Shown: positions 16,978 through 27,085, numbered from the stretch's first letter. The stretch is 51,953 nucleotides of DNA from an uncultured Solibacteraceae bacterium (GCA_964632345.1 CAZWDD010000002.1:4827-56779), one strand, 5' to 3'. A program made the numbers and translations. Notes: generated from the sequence alone by a model not told the origin.

Positions 16978-18821
16978 GAGTTGCGGGATTGCTGGTGATG
17001 GCGGCGCTGGCGGCGGTGGCGCAGCCGGCGGTGCGGATCGATAAGCCTGTGTCGCCGCCGGCGTGGGCGCTGCTGGAGCGGGAGCTGCTGAAGCAGAGTT
17101 CGCTGGCCTGCGACCGGTTCGCGAACAAGTATCTGGACGCGCGGGGCTACCTGCTGCATACGCCGCGGTGGGGGACGCTGGACGGGCCGGACGACGCGAT
17201 TGAAACCTTCTACAACTGGACGCTGTTGCATGCGTTGGGCGGATCTGACACGGTGCTGGCGAACTACAAAAAGGCGTTGGAAGGCCACCTGCTGCAGTAC
17301 AAGGAACTGCGGACGGTGAAGACGAAGCTGGCCGAGAATGGCGCCTATCACAAGGAGTTCATCACGAAGTCCGACTGGTTCCACACGGGCGAGGGGATGC
17401 GGGCGTTTATGTTCCTGGGCTTGTCGGACCCGGCGGACCCGGTGCTGCGGCTGCGGATGAAGCGGTTCGCCGGGCTGTACATGAACGAAGATCCGGAGGC
17501 GCCGAACTACGATCCGGTGCAGAAGATCATCAAGAGCATCTGGACGGGCAGCAAGGGGCCGATGCTGCACAAGGCGACGACGTATGACTGGGTGGGCGAC
17601 GCGGTGCCGGGCACGTTCCACCTGCTGCACGGGAAGCAGGGGCGGGGCGGGATGGTGGACCTGACGAGCGTCTACGACAAGATGCTGGCGCATTGCGACG
17701 AGTATCTGGACAGCGTGGGGGATCATCCGCTGAACCTGGCATCGACGGGGTTGGCGATGAACGCCTACATGCTGACGGGCGAGAAGAAATACAAAGACTG
17801 GGTGCTGGAATACGTGGGCGCGTGGAAGCAGCGGACGGACGCCAACGGCGGAAACATTCCGACGAATATCGGCCTGAACGGGCAGGTGGGCGGGGAGTAT
17901 GGAGGCAAGTGGTACAAGGGCACCTACGGGTGGAACTTCACGATCTACGACGGCGAGATTGAGAAGATGGCGCACCGGAACACGTTCGACGCGGGGGCGT
18001 GGCCGGGGTTCGGGAATGCGTTTCTGCTGAGCAGGGGGGACGCGGGATTCGTGGCGACGCTGCGGAAGCAGATGGAGAATCTGTACGCGCAGAAGAAGGT
18101 GATCGACGGCAAGACGATGCTGCCGAACGGATACGGCGACCCGCGCGGGCATAAGTACACGGGCGGGAAAGAGGAGTGGTACAACTACACGCCGAACCTG
18201 TTCACGAACCGGTTGACGGAGATCTACCTGTGGTCGATGGACCCGAAGGACCGGGAGAAGTTTGCCGGGGATGCGTGGCTATCGTTCCTGGAAGGGAAGG
18301 ACGCGGGGTATCCGGAGCGGGCGCTGCGGCAGGAGTTGGAGATGGTGCGACGGAAGGTGAACGAGATTGAAAACGACGACACCTCCGCCGATACGCGGCT
18401 GGCCGATTACCTGATGGGCTTCAACCCGGCGGCGACCGATGCGCTTTCCAAGCTGACGCTGGGTTCCTACCTGAGCGGCAACATCTGGACGCTGCACGCG
18501 CGGGTGCGGTATTTCGACCCGGCGCGGCGGCGGAGCGGGCTGCCGGAGGACGTGGCGGCGCTGGTGGAAGGCTTCACGGCGGACAGCGTGGCGGTGCGAC
18601 TGGTGAACGTGAGCAGCGTGGAGGCGCGGGAGGTGGCGGTACAGGCCGGGGCGTACGGCGAGCATCAGATTGTGTCGGCGACGGTGGGCGGGAAGACGGT
18701 GAACGTGAACGGGCCGGTGTTGCACGTGCGGCTTGCGCCAGGGGCCGGGGACCGGGTGGAACTGCGGGTGAAACGGTATGCCAATGAGCCGACGCTGCGT
18801 CAGCCATGGGGCCGGGAATAG
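16974..18821 (+). CDS. secreted protein of unrecognised family (615 aa)
   Basis: Long ORF with signal peptide MRVAGLLVMAALAAVAQP and normal amino-acid composition. It is translationally coupled to the upstream amidohydrolase. I recognise no motif. Confidence 0.75.
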   Translation: MRVAGLLVMAALAAVAQPAVRIDKPVSPPAWALLERELLKQSSLACDRFANKYLDARGYLLHTPRWGTLDGPDDAIETFYNWTLLHALGGSDTVLANYKKALEGHLLQYKELRTVKTKLAENGAYHKEFITKSDWFHTGEGMRAFMFLGLSDPADPVLRLRMKRFAGLYMNEDPEAPNYDPVQKIIKSIWTGSKGPMLHKATTYDWVGDAVPGTFHLLHGKQGRGGMVDLTSVYDKMLAHCDEYLDSVGDHPLNLASTGLAMNAYMLTGEKKYKDWVLEYVGAWKQRTDANGGNIPTNIGLNGQVGGEYGGKWYKGTYGWNFTIYDGEIEKMAHRNTFDAGAWPGFGNAFLLSRGDAGFVATLRKQMENLYAQKKVIDGKTMLPNGYGDPRGHKYTGGKEEWYNYTPNLFTNRLTEIYLWSMDPKDREKFAGDAWLSFLEGKDAGYPERALRQELEMVRRKVNEIENDDTSADTRLADYLMGFNPAATDALSKLTLGSYLSGNIWTLHARVRYFDPARRRSGLPEDVAALVEGFTADSVAVRLVNVSSVEAREVAVQAGAYGEHQIVSATVGGKTVNVNGPVLHVRLAPGAGDRVELRVKRYANEPTLRQPWGRE

Positions 18822-18824
18822 GGA

Positions 18825-18830
18825 TAGAGT
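18825..18830 (+). promoter_or_regulatory. candidate -10 element TAGAGT, 7 nt before ATG 18838 (leaderless geometry)
   Basis: The sequence is TAGAGT, then agaacgg, then ATG, all within the 16-nt gap after the previous stop. Confidence 0.4.
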
Positions 18831-18837
18831 AGAACGG

Positions 18838-20073
18838 ATGAATTCGAAGCGGTGGTACGTCGTCTGCTGGTTGAGCCTGGGCATGGTGATTGCCTATATC
18901 GACCGGGTGAACCTGACTTCGGCAATGCCGGAGATTGGAAAGATGCTGCAGTTGGACGAGGCGCAGCGTGGGATGGCGCTATCGGCGTTTTTCTGGACGT
19001 ATACGATCGGCCAGATTCCGGCCGGAATGCTGGTGGACCGGCACGGCGTCCGCATGCTGTACACGGCGGGAATCGTGTTGTGGAGTATAGCCTCGGCCGC
19101 GACGGTGTTTACGACAGGGCTGTGGGCACTGATCGCGACGCGGCTGGTGGTGGGGCTGGGCGAGAGCGTGGTGACGTCATCGTCGCTGCGGTATATCCGG
19201 GCGCACTTCGCGGAGAAGGAGCGCGGGTTCGCGGTGGGCGTCTACATGACGGGGACGAAGATCGGGCCGGCCGTGGGGCTGCCGCTGGCGGGATTCCTGG
19301 TGGTGCAGTACGGGTGGCAGGCGATGTTCCTGATGATGGGACTGGGGAGCCTGCTGTGGCTGGGGCCGTGGCTGGGATGGGTGAAGAGCGACGACCCGGC
19401 GGCGGTGGCGGCTGTGCCGGGGACGGCGAAGGGCGGCGATAGCGTATCGCTGGGAGATGCGCTGAAGAGCCGGGTGATGTGGGGCATCATCATCGGCACT
19501 TACTGCTACATGTACTTCGTTTATTACTGCATGACGTGGATGCCGCAGTATTTCCAGAAGACGCACGGGATGTCGATCAAGGATTCGAACTGGTTCGGCG
19601 GCGTGTCGTTCGGCGGGATGGCGGCGGTGGCGGCGATCGGTGGATGGGCGGCGGACCGGATGATCGCCCGCGGAGCGGAACCGATCTTCGTGCGGCGGCT
19701 GTTCACAGTGGCGGGGTTCCTGATGGCGGCGATGCAGACGCTGAGCGTGTTCACGGATTCGAAGGAGCTGATGATCGGGCTGACGGTGGCGTCCCTGTGC
19801 GGGCTGGGGCTGGCGACGGCGAACTACTGGGCGCTGACGCAGACGCTGATGCCGGGCGCGGTGCCGGTGGCGATCCAGAACACGGCGGCGAATCTGGCGG
19901 GCATTGTGGCGCCGTGGCTGACGGGCTGGATGGTGAAGGAGACGGGCAGCTTCGACGCGCCGATCAAGGCCGTGGGAATCTGGCTGATGCTGGGCGTGTT
20001 CGCCTATATGTTCATGGTCAGGCGTTCCGCATCTGCTGTGCCAACTGCTGCGCAGCCGACTTCAGCAGCATAA
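18838..20073 (+). CDS. MFS transporter (anion:cation symporter / hexuronate-galactonate-like)
   Basis: Track ORF 18778..20073 trimmed to ATG 18838 (MNSKRWYVVCWLSLGMVIAYIDRVNL). There are about 12 hydrophobic segments. The loop motifs GMLVDRHGVR and LVVGLGES are MFS-type. Confidence 0.9.
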   Translation: MNSKRWYVVCWLSLGMVIAYIDRVNLTSAMPEIGKMLQLDEAQRGMALSAFFWTYTIGQIPAGMLVDRHGVRMLYTAGIVLWSIASAATVFTTGLWALIATRLVVGLGESVVTSSSLRYIRAHFAEKERGFAVGVYMTGTKIGPAVGLPLAGFLVVQYGWQAMFLMMGLGSLLWLGPWLGWVKSDDPAAVAAVPGTAKGGDSVSLGDALKSRVMWGIIIGTYCYMYFVYYCMTWMPQYFQKTHGMSIKDSNWFGGVSFGGMAAVAAIGGWAADRMIARGAEPIFVRRLFTVAGFLMAAMQTLSVFTDSKELMIGLTVASLCGLGLATANYWALTQTLMPGAVPVAIQNTAANLAGIVAPWLTGWMVKETGSFDAPIKAVGIWLMLGVFAYMFMVRRSASAVPTAAQPTSAA

Positions 20074-20776
20074 CGTCGGTGCCGGCGGTGAGGAAGCGGA
20101 AGCCCATGTCGCGGTAGCGGCGGGTTTCGGCGCCGGAGGGCAGCAGGATGCCGGCGACGCGGTTGTGCTTCGCCGCGGCGGCGAGCGTCTTTTCGAGCGC
20201 ATCGGTGAAGCGGGGGTGGGTGTAGTCGCGGAAGACGCCGAGGCTGGTGGACAGATCCATGGGGCCGATGTAGAGGACGCCGACGCCTTCGACGGCGGCG
20301 ATCTCCTCGACGTTTTCGACGGCCTGGGCGGTTTCGATCTGAATGATGGGAAGCAGGGAGGAGAGGGAGTCGACGCGATAGTCGTTGTAGTGCTCGCCGT
20401 AGCCGGCGGCGCGGACAACGGTGGCGACGCCGCGGACGCCATCGGGGGGATAGCGCATGGCGGCGATGCATTCGCGGGCCTGGGCGGCGGTTTCAACGCG
20501 GGGAAACATGATGCCCTGCACGCCGAGATCGAGCAGGCGGTGGACGCGCTGCTTTTCGAGCGACTCGACGCGGACGACGGGAATGGCGGGCGTCTGGCCG
20601 AGGGCGTGGAGCTGGCCGAGGATGTCGCGCTCCGAGCCCATGCCGTGTTCGAGATCGATGATGACGTAGTCAAACCCGGCCAAGCCCATCAATTCGGTAT
20701 TGACGGGGTAGCCGGTGGAGATGAAGGCGCCCATGAGGGTATCGCCCTGGGCGAGATGATTCCAGCGGTTTTTCAT
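20018..20776 (-). CDS. HpcH/HpaI family 2-keto-3-deoxy-acid aldolase
   Basis: 252-aa ORF. The motifs FDYVIIDLEHG, VVRVES, GIMFPRVETAAQA and MRYPPDGVRG are typical of HpcH/HpaI/YfaU aldolases. An ATGA overlap with the upstream gene lies at 20773-20776. Confidence 0.9.
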   Translation of the reverse strand: MKNRWNHLAQGDTLMGAFISTGYPVNTELMGLAGFDYVIIDLEHGMGSERDILGQLHALGQTPAIPVVRVESLEKQRVHRLLDLGVQGIMFPRVETAAQARECIAAMRYPPDGVRGVATVVRAAGYGEHYNDYRVDSLSSLLPIIQIETAQAVENVEEIAAVEGVGVLYIGPMDLSTSLGVFRDYTHPRFTDALEKTLAAAAKHNRVAGILLPSGAETRRYRDMGFRFLTAGTDVMLLKSAAQQLAQQMRNA

Positions 20777-21879
20777 TGGGAGATGACCTGCCGCGCCACC
20801 TGGTAGCGCGCGAGTTTTTCCGGACTGACGGCGTAGCCGAGGCCGGGCGTTTCGGGAAGGGCGATGCGGCCGCCGCAGACTTCGAGGAAGGGTTCGATGA
20901 TGTCGTCGCGGAACCAGCGAAGGCTGGCCTCGACGTCGGTGGGATAGTCGCAGCCATCGAGGGCGGCCATGGCGGCGCCCTGTGCCTGGCCGATGCCGAG
21001 TTCGGGCATGGTGCCCATCCAGATGGACAGGCCGAGCGCGCGGCAGCGGTGGTAGAGCTTCAGGGCGTTGCGGAAGCCGCCGACGCGTTGGATCTTGATG
21101 TTGGCGATGCGGAAGGAGCCGAGCGCGGCGGCGCGTTCGAGATCGGCGAAGGTCTCCAGGCTTTCATCGAGGCAGATAGGGGTGCGCAGGGCGCGCTGGA
21201 GCGTGGCGGAGTCCTCAAGCGCGGGGCCAGCGAGCGGCTGCTCATACATGCGGAGGCCGAAATCGTCGAGCTGGCGATAGATATCGAGATGATCGAGCGT
21301 GTAGGAGGCGTTGGCATCGGTCATCAAGGGGATGTCGCCGAAGCAGGCGCGGACGGCGCGGACGAGTTCGATGTCATGGCCGGGACAGATCTTGATCTTC
21401 ACGCGCTTGTAGCCATCAGGCAGGTACTTGGCGATGGTGGCCAGGAGTTGATCCGGCGAGTCGTAGAGGCCGACGGCGAGGCCGGACTCGGCGTGGTTGC
21501 GGGTGGCGCCGAGAAGGCGGTGGACCGGGAGGCCCTGGCGCTGGGCTTCCAGATCCCACAGCGCGGTTTCGAGGCCGACCTTGGCAAAGTTGCTGCCGGG
21601 CTGGGCGTCAATCCAGGCGCTGGCGGCATCGAGCGAATCAAACGTGCGGCCGGCGAGGGCCGGGGCGAGTTCGGTGGTCAACTGCTGCCAGCAGGAGGCA
21701 GGGGTGTCGGCCGAGTAGAAGCTGCCGGCCATGGGGGAGGACTCGCCGTAGCCGATGAGGCCGTCCGATTCGACAGCGGCGACGATGCCATCCTTCTCCG
21801 CCACTTCGCCGTTGGAGATGCGGAACGGCTCATGGAGCGGGATGCGGACGTGCGTGAGGGTGATGCGCCCGATCCGCAT
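20773..21879 (-). CDS. enolase-superfamily enzyme, MLE subgroup (OSBS / N-acylamino-acid racemase / epimerase-like)
   Basis: 368-aa ORF with the K-x-K motif VKIKI. The metal ligands are in DANASY, YEQPL and CLDES, and a second lysine is in KIQRVGG. Its start overlaps the stop of the upstream gene by 1 nt (TGATG). Confidence 0.85.
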   Translation of the reverse strand: MRIGRITLTHVRIPLHEPFRISNGEVAEKDGIVAAVESDGLIGYGESSPMAGSFYSADTPASCWQQLTTELAPALAGRTFDSLDAASAWIDAQPGSNFAKVGLETALWDLEAQRQGLPVHRLLGATRNHAESGLAVGLYDSPDQLLATIAKYLPDGYKRVKIKICPGHDIELVRAVRACFGDIPLMTDANASYTLDHLDIYRQLDDFGLRMYEQPLAGPALEDSATLQRALRTPICLDESLETFADLERAAALGSFRIANIKIQRVGGFRNALKLYHRCRALGLSIWMGTMPELGIGQAQGAAMAALDGCDYPTDVEASLRWFRDDIIEPFLEVCGGRIALPETPGLGYAVSPEKLARYQVARQVISQ

Positions 21880-23150
21880 CAGCCCTTCATCTCCAGGCCG
21901 CGCATGGTGCCGGTGGCACTGGCGAATTTGTCCGATTCAATGCCCATGCGCTGCAGCATGCTGACAAACAAATTGGGCAGCGGATAGTTGCGGGCGGTGT
22001 CGAAGGCCAGGTGGCTGCCGTGGCGGAAGCCGCCGCCGGCGAGCAGGACGGGCATGTTGTCGGTGGTGTGTTTGTTGGCGTCGCCGAAGTTGCTGCCGTA
22101 AAGGACCATGGTGCGGTCGAGCAGGGATTCGCCGCCCTCCCGGACGCCGCGGAGCTTGCCGAGGAGTTCAGCGAGCAGGCGCATGTGCCAGGTGTCGATG
22201 GCCTCCAACTGCTTCAGCTTGGATTCGTTTTTTCCGTGGTGAGAGAGGTTGTGATAGCCGTCGGTGATTTCGACGCCCTTGACGTCGATGGCGGGGGAGT
22301 TGGAACTATCGAGGAAGAGGGTGATGAGCCGGGTGGAATCGGTCTCAAACGCAAGGCGGGAGATATCGTACATGAGCCGGGTTTTTTCCATGTAGGCGCG
22401 GCTGTCGGCGGGGTCGACGGGCTGCGGCTCCTTCGTCTGCGGCTTGGGCTTGCGCTCCCACTCCTGGGAGAGGACCATGCGCCGCTCCAGTTCGCGGACT
22501 CCGGTTTCGTACTGATCGAGGCGGGCGCGATCCTGCGCGCCCAACTGCTGTTTCAGGCCGCCGGCGTGCGCGGCAACGGAATCGAGAATGCTTTCACCGA
22601 GCTTGAGGCGGGCCACCTGCCGTTCGACCTCTTCGGCGGTGCCCTGCAGGAAGAGCTTGCGGTAGACCTGGGCGGGGCTTTCCTCGCAGCCGATCATGAC
22701 GCCGGCGCCGGTCCAGGTGAGGCTGCGCTGGCCGCGGTTGACGTTGACGCCCAAGGTGATTGAAGGGAAGCGGGTCTGGACGCCGATGCGGTCGGCCATG
22801 TACTGGTCGAGCGAGATGGTGTTGCGGAAGCCGCCGTTGGCGGGATGGGGCGCGGCGGTGAGGAAGCAGATCTCCGAGGCGTGGCTGCCGTCGACATCCG
22901 GATGAGAGACGCCGCTGAAGACGGTGAAGTCATTGCGGTAATCGGCCAGGACCTGCAGGTAGGGAGAGAGCGTGTACTCCTTGCCCGCATTGGCCGGGAA
23001 GAAGCCGCCGGGGAGGAGACCGAGGTTGTTGCAGACGGCGAGCATGCGGCGCGGGGGCGGGGCGTTCTGCGCTTCGAGCCAGGGGAGCGAGAAGGCGACT
23101 CCGGCGGCGCGGAGGACCTGGCGGCGTGTCAACGGGGAGATGCGTTTCAT
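21879..23150 (-). CDS. DUF1552 domain protein, TAT signal
   Basis: 423-aa ORF with [19 protein letters not shown]. The blocks [26 protein letters not shown] and [17 protein letters not shown] fit DUF1552. It starts 3 nt after the stop of the upstream gene. Confidence 0.8.
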   Translation of the reverse strand: MKRISPLTRRQVLRAAGVAFSLPWLEAQNAPPPRRMLAVCNNLGLLPGGFFPANAGKEYTLSPYLQVLADYRNDFTVFSGVSHPDVDGSHASEICFLTAAPHPANGGFRNTISLDQYMADRIGVQTRFPSITLGVNVNRGQRSLTWTGAGVMIGCEESPAQVYRKLFLQGTAEEVERQVARLKLGESILDSVAAHAGGLKQQLGAQDRARLDQYETGVRELERRMVLSQEWERKPKPQTKEPQPVDPADSRAYMEKTRLMYDISRLAFETDSTRLITLFLDSSNSPAIDVKGVEITDGYHNLSHHGKNESKLKQLEAIDTWHMRLLAELLGKLRGVREGGESLLDRTMVLYGSNFGDANKHTTDNMPVLLAGGGFRHGSHLAFDTARNYPLPNLFVSMLQRMGIESDKFASATGTMRGLEMKG

Positions 23151-23153
23151 GGC

Positions 23154-25676
23154 CTATTTATGGGTGAACAGATCGCTCTGGACGATTTGGTGGAGGAGGG
23201 TACGCAGGCCGTAGCGGTCCGCCGCGGCTGCATCCAGCATACGCTCGACGGCCCCCCGGTCGGCAAACGAGACGGGGGCGCCGGTGGCATAGGTGAGGAG
23301 TTGGACGGCGGCGTTGCGGGCGATGGCGCGTTCGTCCTGGAGGAGGAGTTTTTTCAGCCCGTTGACGTTGGAGAAGGTGGCGCCGCTGGCGAGGGCGCCG
23401 GAGGAGTCAACGGGCTGGCCGTGCTTGAAAGTGAAGAGATGGCCGTTCTTGCCGACGCCGTTGGCGGGGGCGCCGGATTCGGTGGAGCGGTAACGGTCGC
23501 GCCATCCGCCGGCCACGTCGAAGCTTTCGAGGGCGAAGCCGGGCGGATCGATTTTGATGTGACAGGAGGCGCAGCCGGGGTTGTTGCGGTGTTTGTCGAG
23601 TTGCTCGCGGATAGTGGTGGCGCCGCGGGTGTCGGGTTCAACGGCGGGCACGCCAGGCGGAGGAGGAGGCGGCGGGTCCCCGAGAATACGTTCCAGGATC
23701 CAGACGCCGCGGAGGACTGGCGAAGTGGTGGTGCCGTTGGCGGTGACCTTAAGGACGCTGGCCTGGGTGAGGAGGCCGCCGCGGACGGAGCCGGGCGGGA
23801 GGGAGGCGAGGCGGAGGGCGACGCCATGAACAGGATCGAGCCCGTAGTGGCGGGCGAGGTGGGAGTTGAGGAAGGTGAAGTTGGAATCGATGAGATTGGC
23901 GGCGGGGAGGTTGCGGCGGAGGAGGTGGTGGACGAAGAGCTGGGTTTCGCGCTGGGCGGATTCGGTGAGCAGGTCGTCGAGGTAGTAGTCGGGATAGAGA
24001 GTCTGGTCGGGAGTGGTGTCGTTGAGCTTGCGGAGGTCGAGCCAGTAGTCGAGGAAGGCGTCGACGAAAGAGCGGGAGCGGGCGTCGTCGAGGAGGCGAT
24101 CGGTCTGGGCGCGGAGGACGGCGGGATCGAGAAGCGCGCCGGATTCGGCGAGGGCGCGGAGGCGGCGGTCCGGCGGGCCGTTCCAGAGGAAGTAGGACAG
24201 GCGGCTGGCGAGGGCGTGGGAGGTGAGGCGGCCGGGCTCCTCTTCGAGATAGAGGAGGCCGGGCGAGCAGAGGACGGCGACGTAGGAGGCGATCATGGCC
24301 TCGGAGAAGTTGTCGAGGCGGTCGAGGGCGATGCGGAGGTAGCGCTGGACTTCGGGCTCCGTGGGCGGGCGGCGGTAGGCGCGAGCCATGAACTGGCGAA
24401 GGAGTTTTCCGGCCTCGCGCCGGGGGTTGGCGGGGCTGGGCGCGGCCGGGTCGAGCGCGCCGAAGAGACGGCGGACGCCGAGGCGGGCGGCGGCGTTTTC
24501 GACGGGGCCGGTGACCTCCATCCAGCGGTAGGCGACGCCGGGCATGCCGTGCTTGGAGGCGTCCGGGCTGCCGGTGAAGCCGGGGCGGGAGCGGAAGAGG
24601 CGGGCGGCGTCGGGGAGGATGCGTTCGCCGGGCAGGAGGTCCACTTCGAGTTCATGGACCGCGGGGTCCGGATCGACATCGAACCAGCCGAGCCAGCGCT
24701 TCTCGCCGCCGGGGCTGAGGGCGTAGATGGTGACGGGTTCGGTGGTGCGGCCTTTTTCGGTGGACTCGCGATTGGGGGTCCACCAGGGATCGGCGCGCTT
24801 GCGGCTTTCGTTGGTGAAGATGGTGTTGATCCAAAGGGAGAAGGCGTTGAAGCGGAGGCGGTAGCGGCCGCCGGAGGGGGCGGCGAACTGGTCCCAGTGG
24901 TGTTCGTTGCCGACGTAGTTGCCGGCGGGGGTGGCAAAGCCTTCGAGTTCGCGGGTGGCAGGATCGGCCGCGCCAACGGTGAAGGGAACCTTTTCGGCAA
25001 GAACATCGGGCTGGGCGGCGAAGCCGAGAATGGGGATGGTGGCGCGCTCCGGGTGGCGATTGAAGGAGCTGTAGCGCATGCGGTTCTGGAAGCGCTTCTG
25101 CTCGCGGGCGTAGAAGCGGCGAGTCTCCTCGGGCTGGCGGGCGGCGGCGAGGACCTGGCGGATGGCGGATTCGGCAGTCTCCATGTAGCGCGCCATCTGG
25201 ACGTGAGAGACGTCGAGCGCCTGGCCCACCTTGTTGAAGCGGTTGAGGACGCCGTCCTCGGGAAGCGAATCGCGGAGCTGCAGCCAGCGGGCGGCGAGCA
25301 GATCGCGGACCGTGTTTTCGTACTCGTAGCGATTGAGGCGGCGGAGGACGGCGCGGCCGTGCTGCTGAGTGCGTGCGTTTTCGTGAGCAATAAGCGGTTT
25401 GGCGAGTGCGGCAAGAAAGGCCGGGCGGCCGTCGGGCGCGGGGGTTCCGCGGGGAGGCATGGCGCCGTCGCGCACCGAGTCATGGACGCGGACCCAGCGG
25501 GAGAAGTTGTGCGGGTCGGCGGGCTGAAGCGGGAGCGCCTTCAGGTCGAGGCCGGCGGGGGCGCGGGCGCCGCTGTGGCAGCCGGTGCAGTTGCGGTCGA
25601 GGAAGGCGCGGACGGCGGGCGGCGGCTCGGCGGCAGCCACGAGCGGCAGGGTGAGCAATAGCAGGGTTCGCAGCAA
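23154..25676 (-). CDS. DUF1587/DUF1595/DUF1592/DUF1588/DUF1585 multidomain protein with CxxCH motifs
   Basis: 840-aa ORF with a TTG start and GGAGGA 8 nt upstream, plus a signal peptide. Diagnostic blocks are NCTGCHSG, RRLNRYEYENTVRDLL, LCSPGLLYLEE, LASRLSYFLWNGPPD, TSPVLRGVWILERILG and GCASCHIKIDPPGFALESFD. Confidence 0.85.
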   Translation of the reverse strand: MLRTLLLLTLPLVAAAEPPPAVRAFLDRNCTGCHSGARAPAGLDLKALPLQPADPHNFSRWVRVHDSVRDGAMPPRGTPAPDGRPAFLAALAKPLIAHENARTQQHGRAVLRRLNRYEYENTVRDLLAARWLQLRDSLPEDGVLNRFNKVGQALDVSHVQMARYMETAESAIRQVLAAARQPEETRRFYAREQKRFQNRMRYSSFNRHPERATIPILGFAAQPDVLAEKVPFTVGAADPATRELEGFATPAGNYVGNEHHWDQFAAPSGGRYRLRFNAFSLWINTIFTNESRKRADPWWTPNRESTEKGRTTEPVTIYALSPGGEKRWLGWFDVDPDPAVHELEVDLLPGERILPDAARLFRSRPGFTGSPDASKHGMPGVAYRWMEVTGPVENAAARLGVRRLFGALDPAAPSPANPRREAGKLLRQFMARAYRRPPTEPEVQRYLRIALDRLDNFSEAMIASYVAVLCSPGLLYLEEEPGRLTSHALASRLSYFLWNGPPDRRLRALAESGALLDPAVLRAQTDRLLDDARSRSFVDAFLDYWLDLRKLNDTTPDQTLYPDYYLDDLLTESAQRETQLFVHHLLRRNLPAANLIDSNFTFLNSHLARHYGLDPVHGVALRLASLPPGSVRGGLLTQASVLKVTANGTTTSPVLRGVWILERILGDPPPPPPPGVPAVEPDTRGATTIREQLDKHRNNPGCASCHIKIDPPGFALESFDVAGGWRDRYRSTESGAPANGVGKNGHLFTFKHGQPVDSSGALASGATFSNVNGLKKLLLQDERAIARNAAVQLLTYATGAPVSFADRGAVERMLDAAAADRYGLRTLLHQIVQSDLFTHK

Positions 25677-25693
25677 CAGGTGGGTCCTCCGCG

Positions 25694-27085
25694 TCAGGCG
25701 AGAATTCCGTGAATCGGGCCGGTTCCTTCCTCAATCATGTGGAGCGGGCGGCCGTTGACGACGACGCTCATCCGCTTGTAGTCGAGCCCCATCTGCTGGA
25801 GCACGGTGGCCTGCAGGTCGGTGACGTAGTGGCGGTTTTCAACGGCCTTATAGCCGATATCATCGGTGGCGCCATAGACGGTGCCGCCCTTTACGCCGCC
25901 GCCGGCGAGCCAGCAGGTGAAGCCGTTGGGGTTGTGATCCCGGCCGACATCGTTCTGCGAATAGGGCGTGCGGCCGAACTCGGTGGCCCAGACGACCATG
26001 GTGGATTCCAGCATGCCGCGCTGTTTCAGATCCTTGATGAGGCCGGCGATGGGCTTATCGGTCTGGCGGGCGAGCGGGCCGTGATCCTTCATATTCTCGT
26101 GGGAATCCCACTTGCCGTTGCCGGCGCCGCCGCCGTGGCAGACCTGGATGAAGCGGACGCCGCGTTCGGCGAGTCGGCGGGCGAGCAGCATCTGGCGGCC
26201 GAACTCGTCGGTATCCTCCTCGCCGACGCCGTACATGGCGCGCACATGGGCGGGTTCCTTGGCGAAATCGACGAGTTCGGGACCGGCCACCTGCAGCGTT
26301 CCGGCTAGCTCATAGGCGCGGGTGCGGGCGGCGACTTCGGCGTCGAAGGCGTGGCGTTCGTGGAACTCGCGATTCAGCCGGGCGAGGACCTCCATCTGGC
26401 GGTCCCGTTCGGCGCGACTGAGGCCGGGCTGGAGCTTTAAGTTCTCGAGCGGTGTTTCACCGGCGAGAAAGGGCGTGGCCGATTCGGCGCCGCCGAGGTA
26501 GCCGCCGGTGGACTGCGCCGGGGCCGAGGGCTTGCCCATGGCGACGTAGGTGGGCAGATTTTTGTTGCCGCTGCCGAGGGCGTAGCTGATCCAGGCGCCG
26601 GTGGCCGGGTGGTCAAAGATGCGGTTGCGATGGCCGGTGGACATCTCCCAGCAGGCGGGGAAGTGGCCAACCTCGTGGCAGAACATGGAGCGGACGATGG
26701 CGATATCGTCGACAACGGAGCCGATGTGGGGGAACCACTCGCAGACGGGCGTGCCGCTTTTGCCGTAGCGGGTCCAGACGCGCGGGCAGTGAAGCACGGG
26801 GCGGAGCTGGGGCTTGCCGTCGTTGGAGTTCTTGGTCTCCAACATGCGGCCGGCGTGCTTGTTGTCCTTGGGGTCAAACGTGTCCATGGCGCTGACGCCA
26901 CCGCACATAAACAGGAAGATGACCGACTTCACTTTCGGCGCGAAATGCGGCCCGGCGCCGGGGCGGATGAACTTGCCGTCCTCTGCCCAGAGGGTGGAGA
27001 GTGCGGCGCCGGTGACGCCGAAGCGGAGCTGGCGGAGGAAGGCGCGGCGGCTGGATTCCGACGAGAGGGGCGAGTGGAAGATCAT
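25694..27085 (-). CDS. DUF1501 domain protein (sulfatase/alkaline-phosphatase-like fold), TAT signal
   Basis: 463-aa ORF with SRRAFLRQLRFGVTGAAL. The blocks KSVIFLFMCGGVSAMDTFDPKDN and VVWATEFGRTPYSQN fit DUF1501. An ATGA overlap with the upstream gene lies at 27082-27085. Confidence 0.9.
   Translation of the reverse strand: MIFHSPLSSESSRRAFLRQLRFGVTGAALSTLWAEDGKFIRPGAGPHFAPKVKSVIFLFMCGGVSAMDTFDPKDNKHAGRMLETKNSNDGKPQLRPVLHCPRVWTRYGKSGTPVCEWFPHIGSVVDDIAIVRSMFCHEVGHFPACWEMSTGHRNRIFDHPATGAWISYALGSGNKNLPTYVAMGKPSAPAQSTGGYLGGAESATPFLAGETPLENLKLQPGLSRAERDRQMEVLARLNREFHERHAFDAEVAARTRAYELAGTLQVAGPELVDFAKEPAHVRAMYGVGEEDTDEFGRQMLLARRLAERGVRFIQVCHGGGAGNGKWDSHENMKDHGPLARQTDKPIAGLIKDLKQRGMLESTMVVWATEFGRTPYSQNDVGRDHNPNGFTCWLAGGGVKGGTVYGATDDIGYKAVENRHYVTDLQATVLQQMGLDYKRMSVVVNGRPLHMIEEGTGPIHGILA

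Noticed and set aside
22845-25661. A very long ORF (938 aa, + strand). Similar long ORFs occur at 2306..3385(-), 3580..5544(+), 8434..10488(+), 13740..15407(+), 27265..28923(+), 29838..31274(+) and 35415..37682(+). Others are 40185..41552(-), 43213..44748(-), 46254..47258(-), 48330..49274(-) and 51097..51924(-).
   Set aside because: Their translations are monotonous G/A/E/V/D-rich or R/P/H-rich low-complexity strings typical of antisense or off-frame reading in high-GC DNA. Each is fully overlapped by a gene on the other strand or frame that has clear family motifs.
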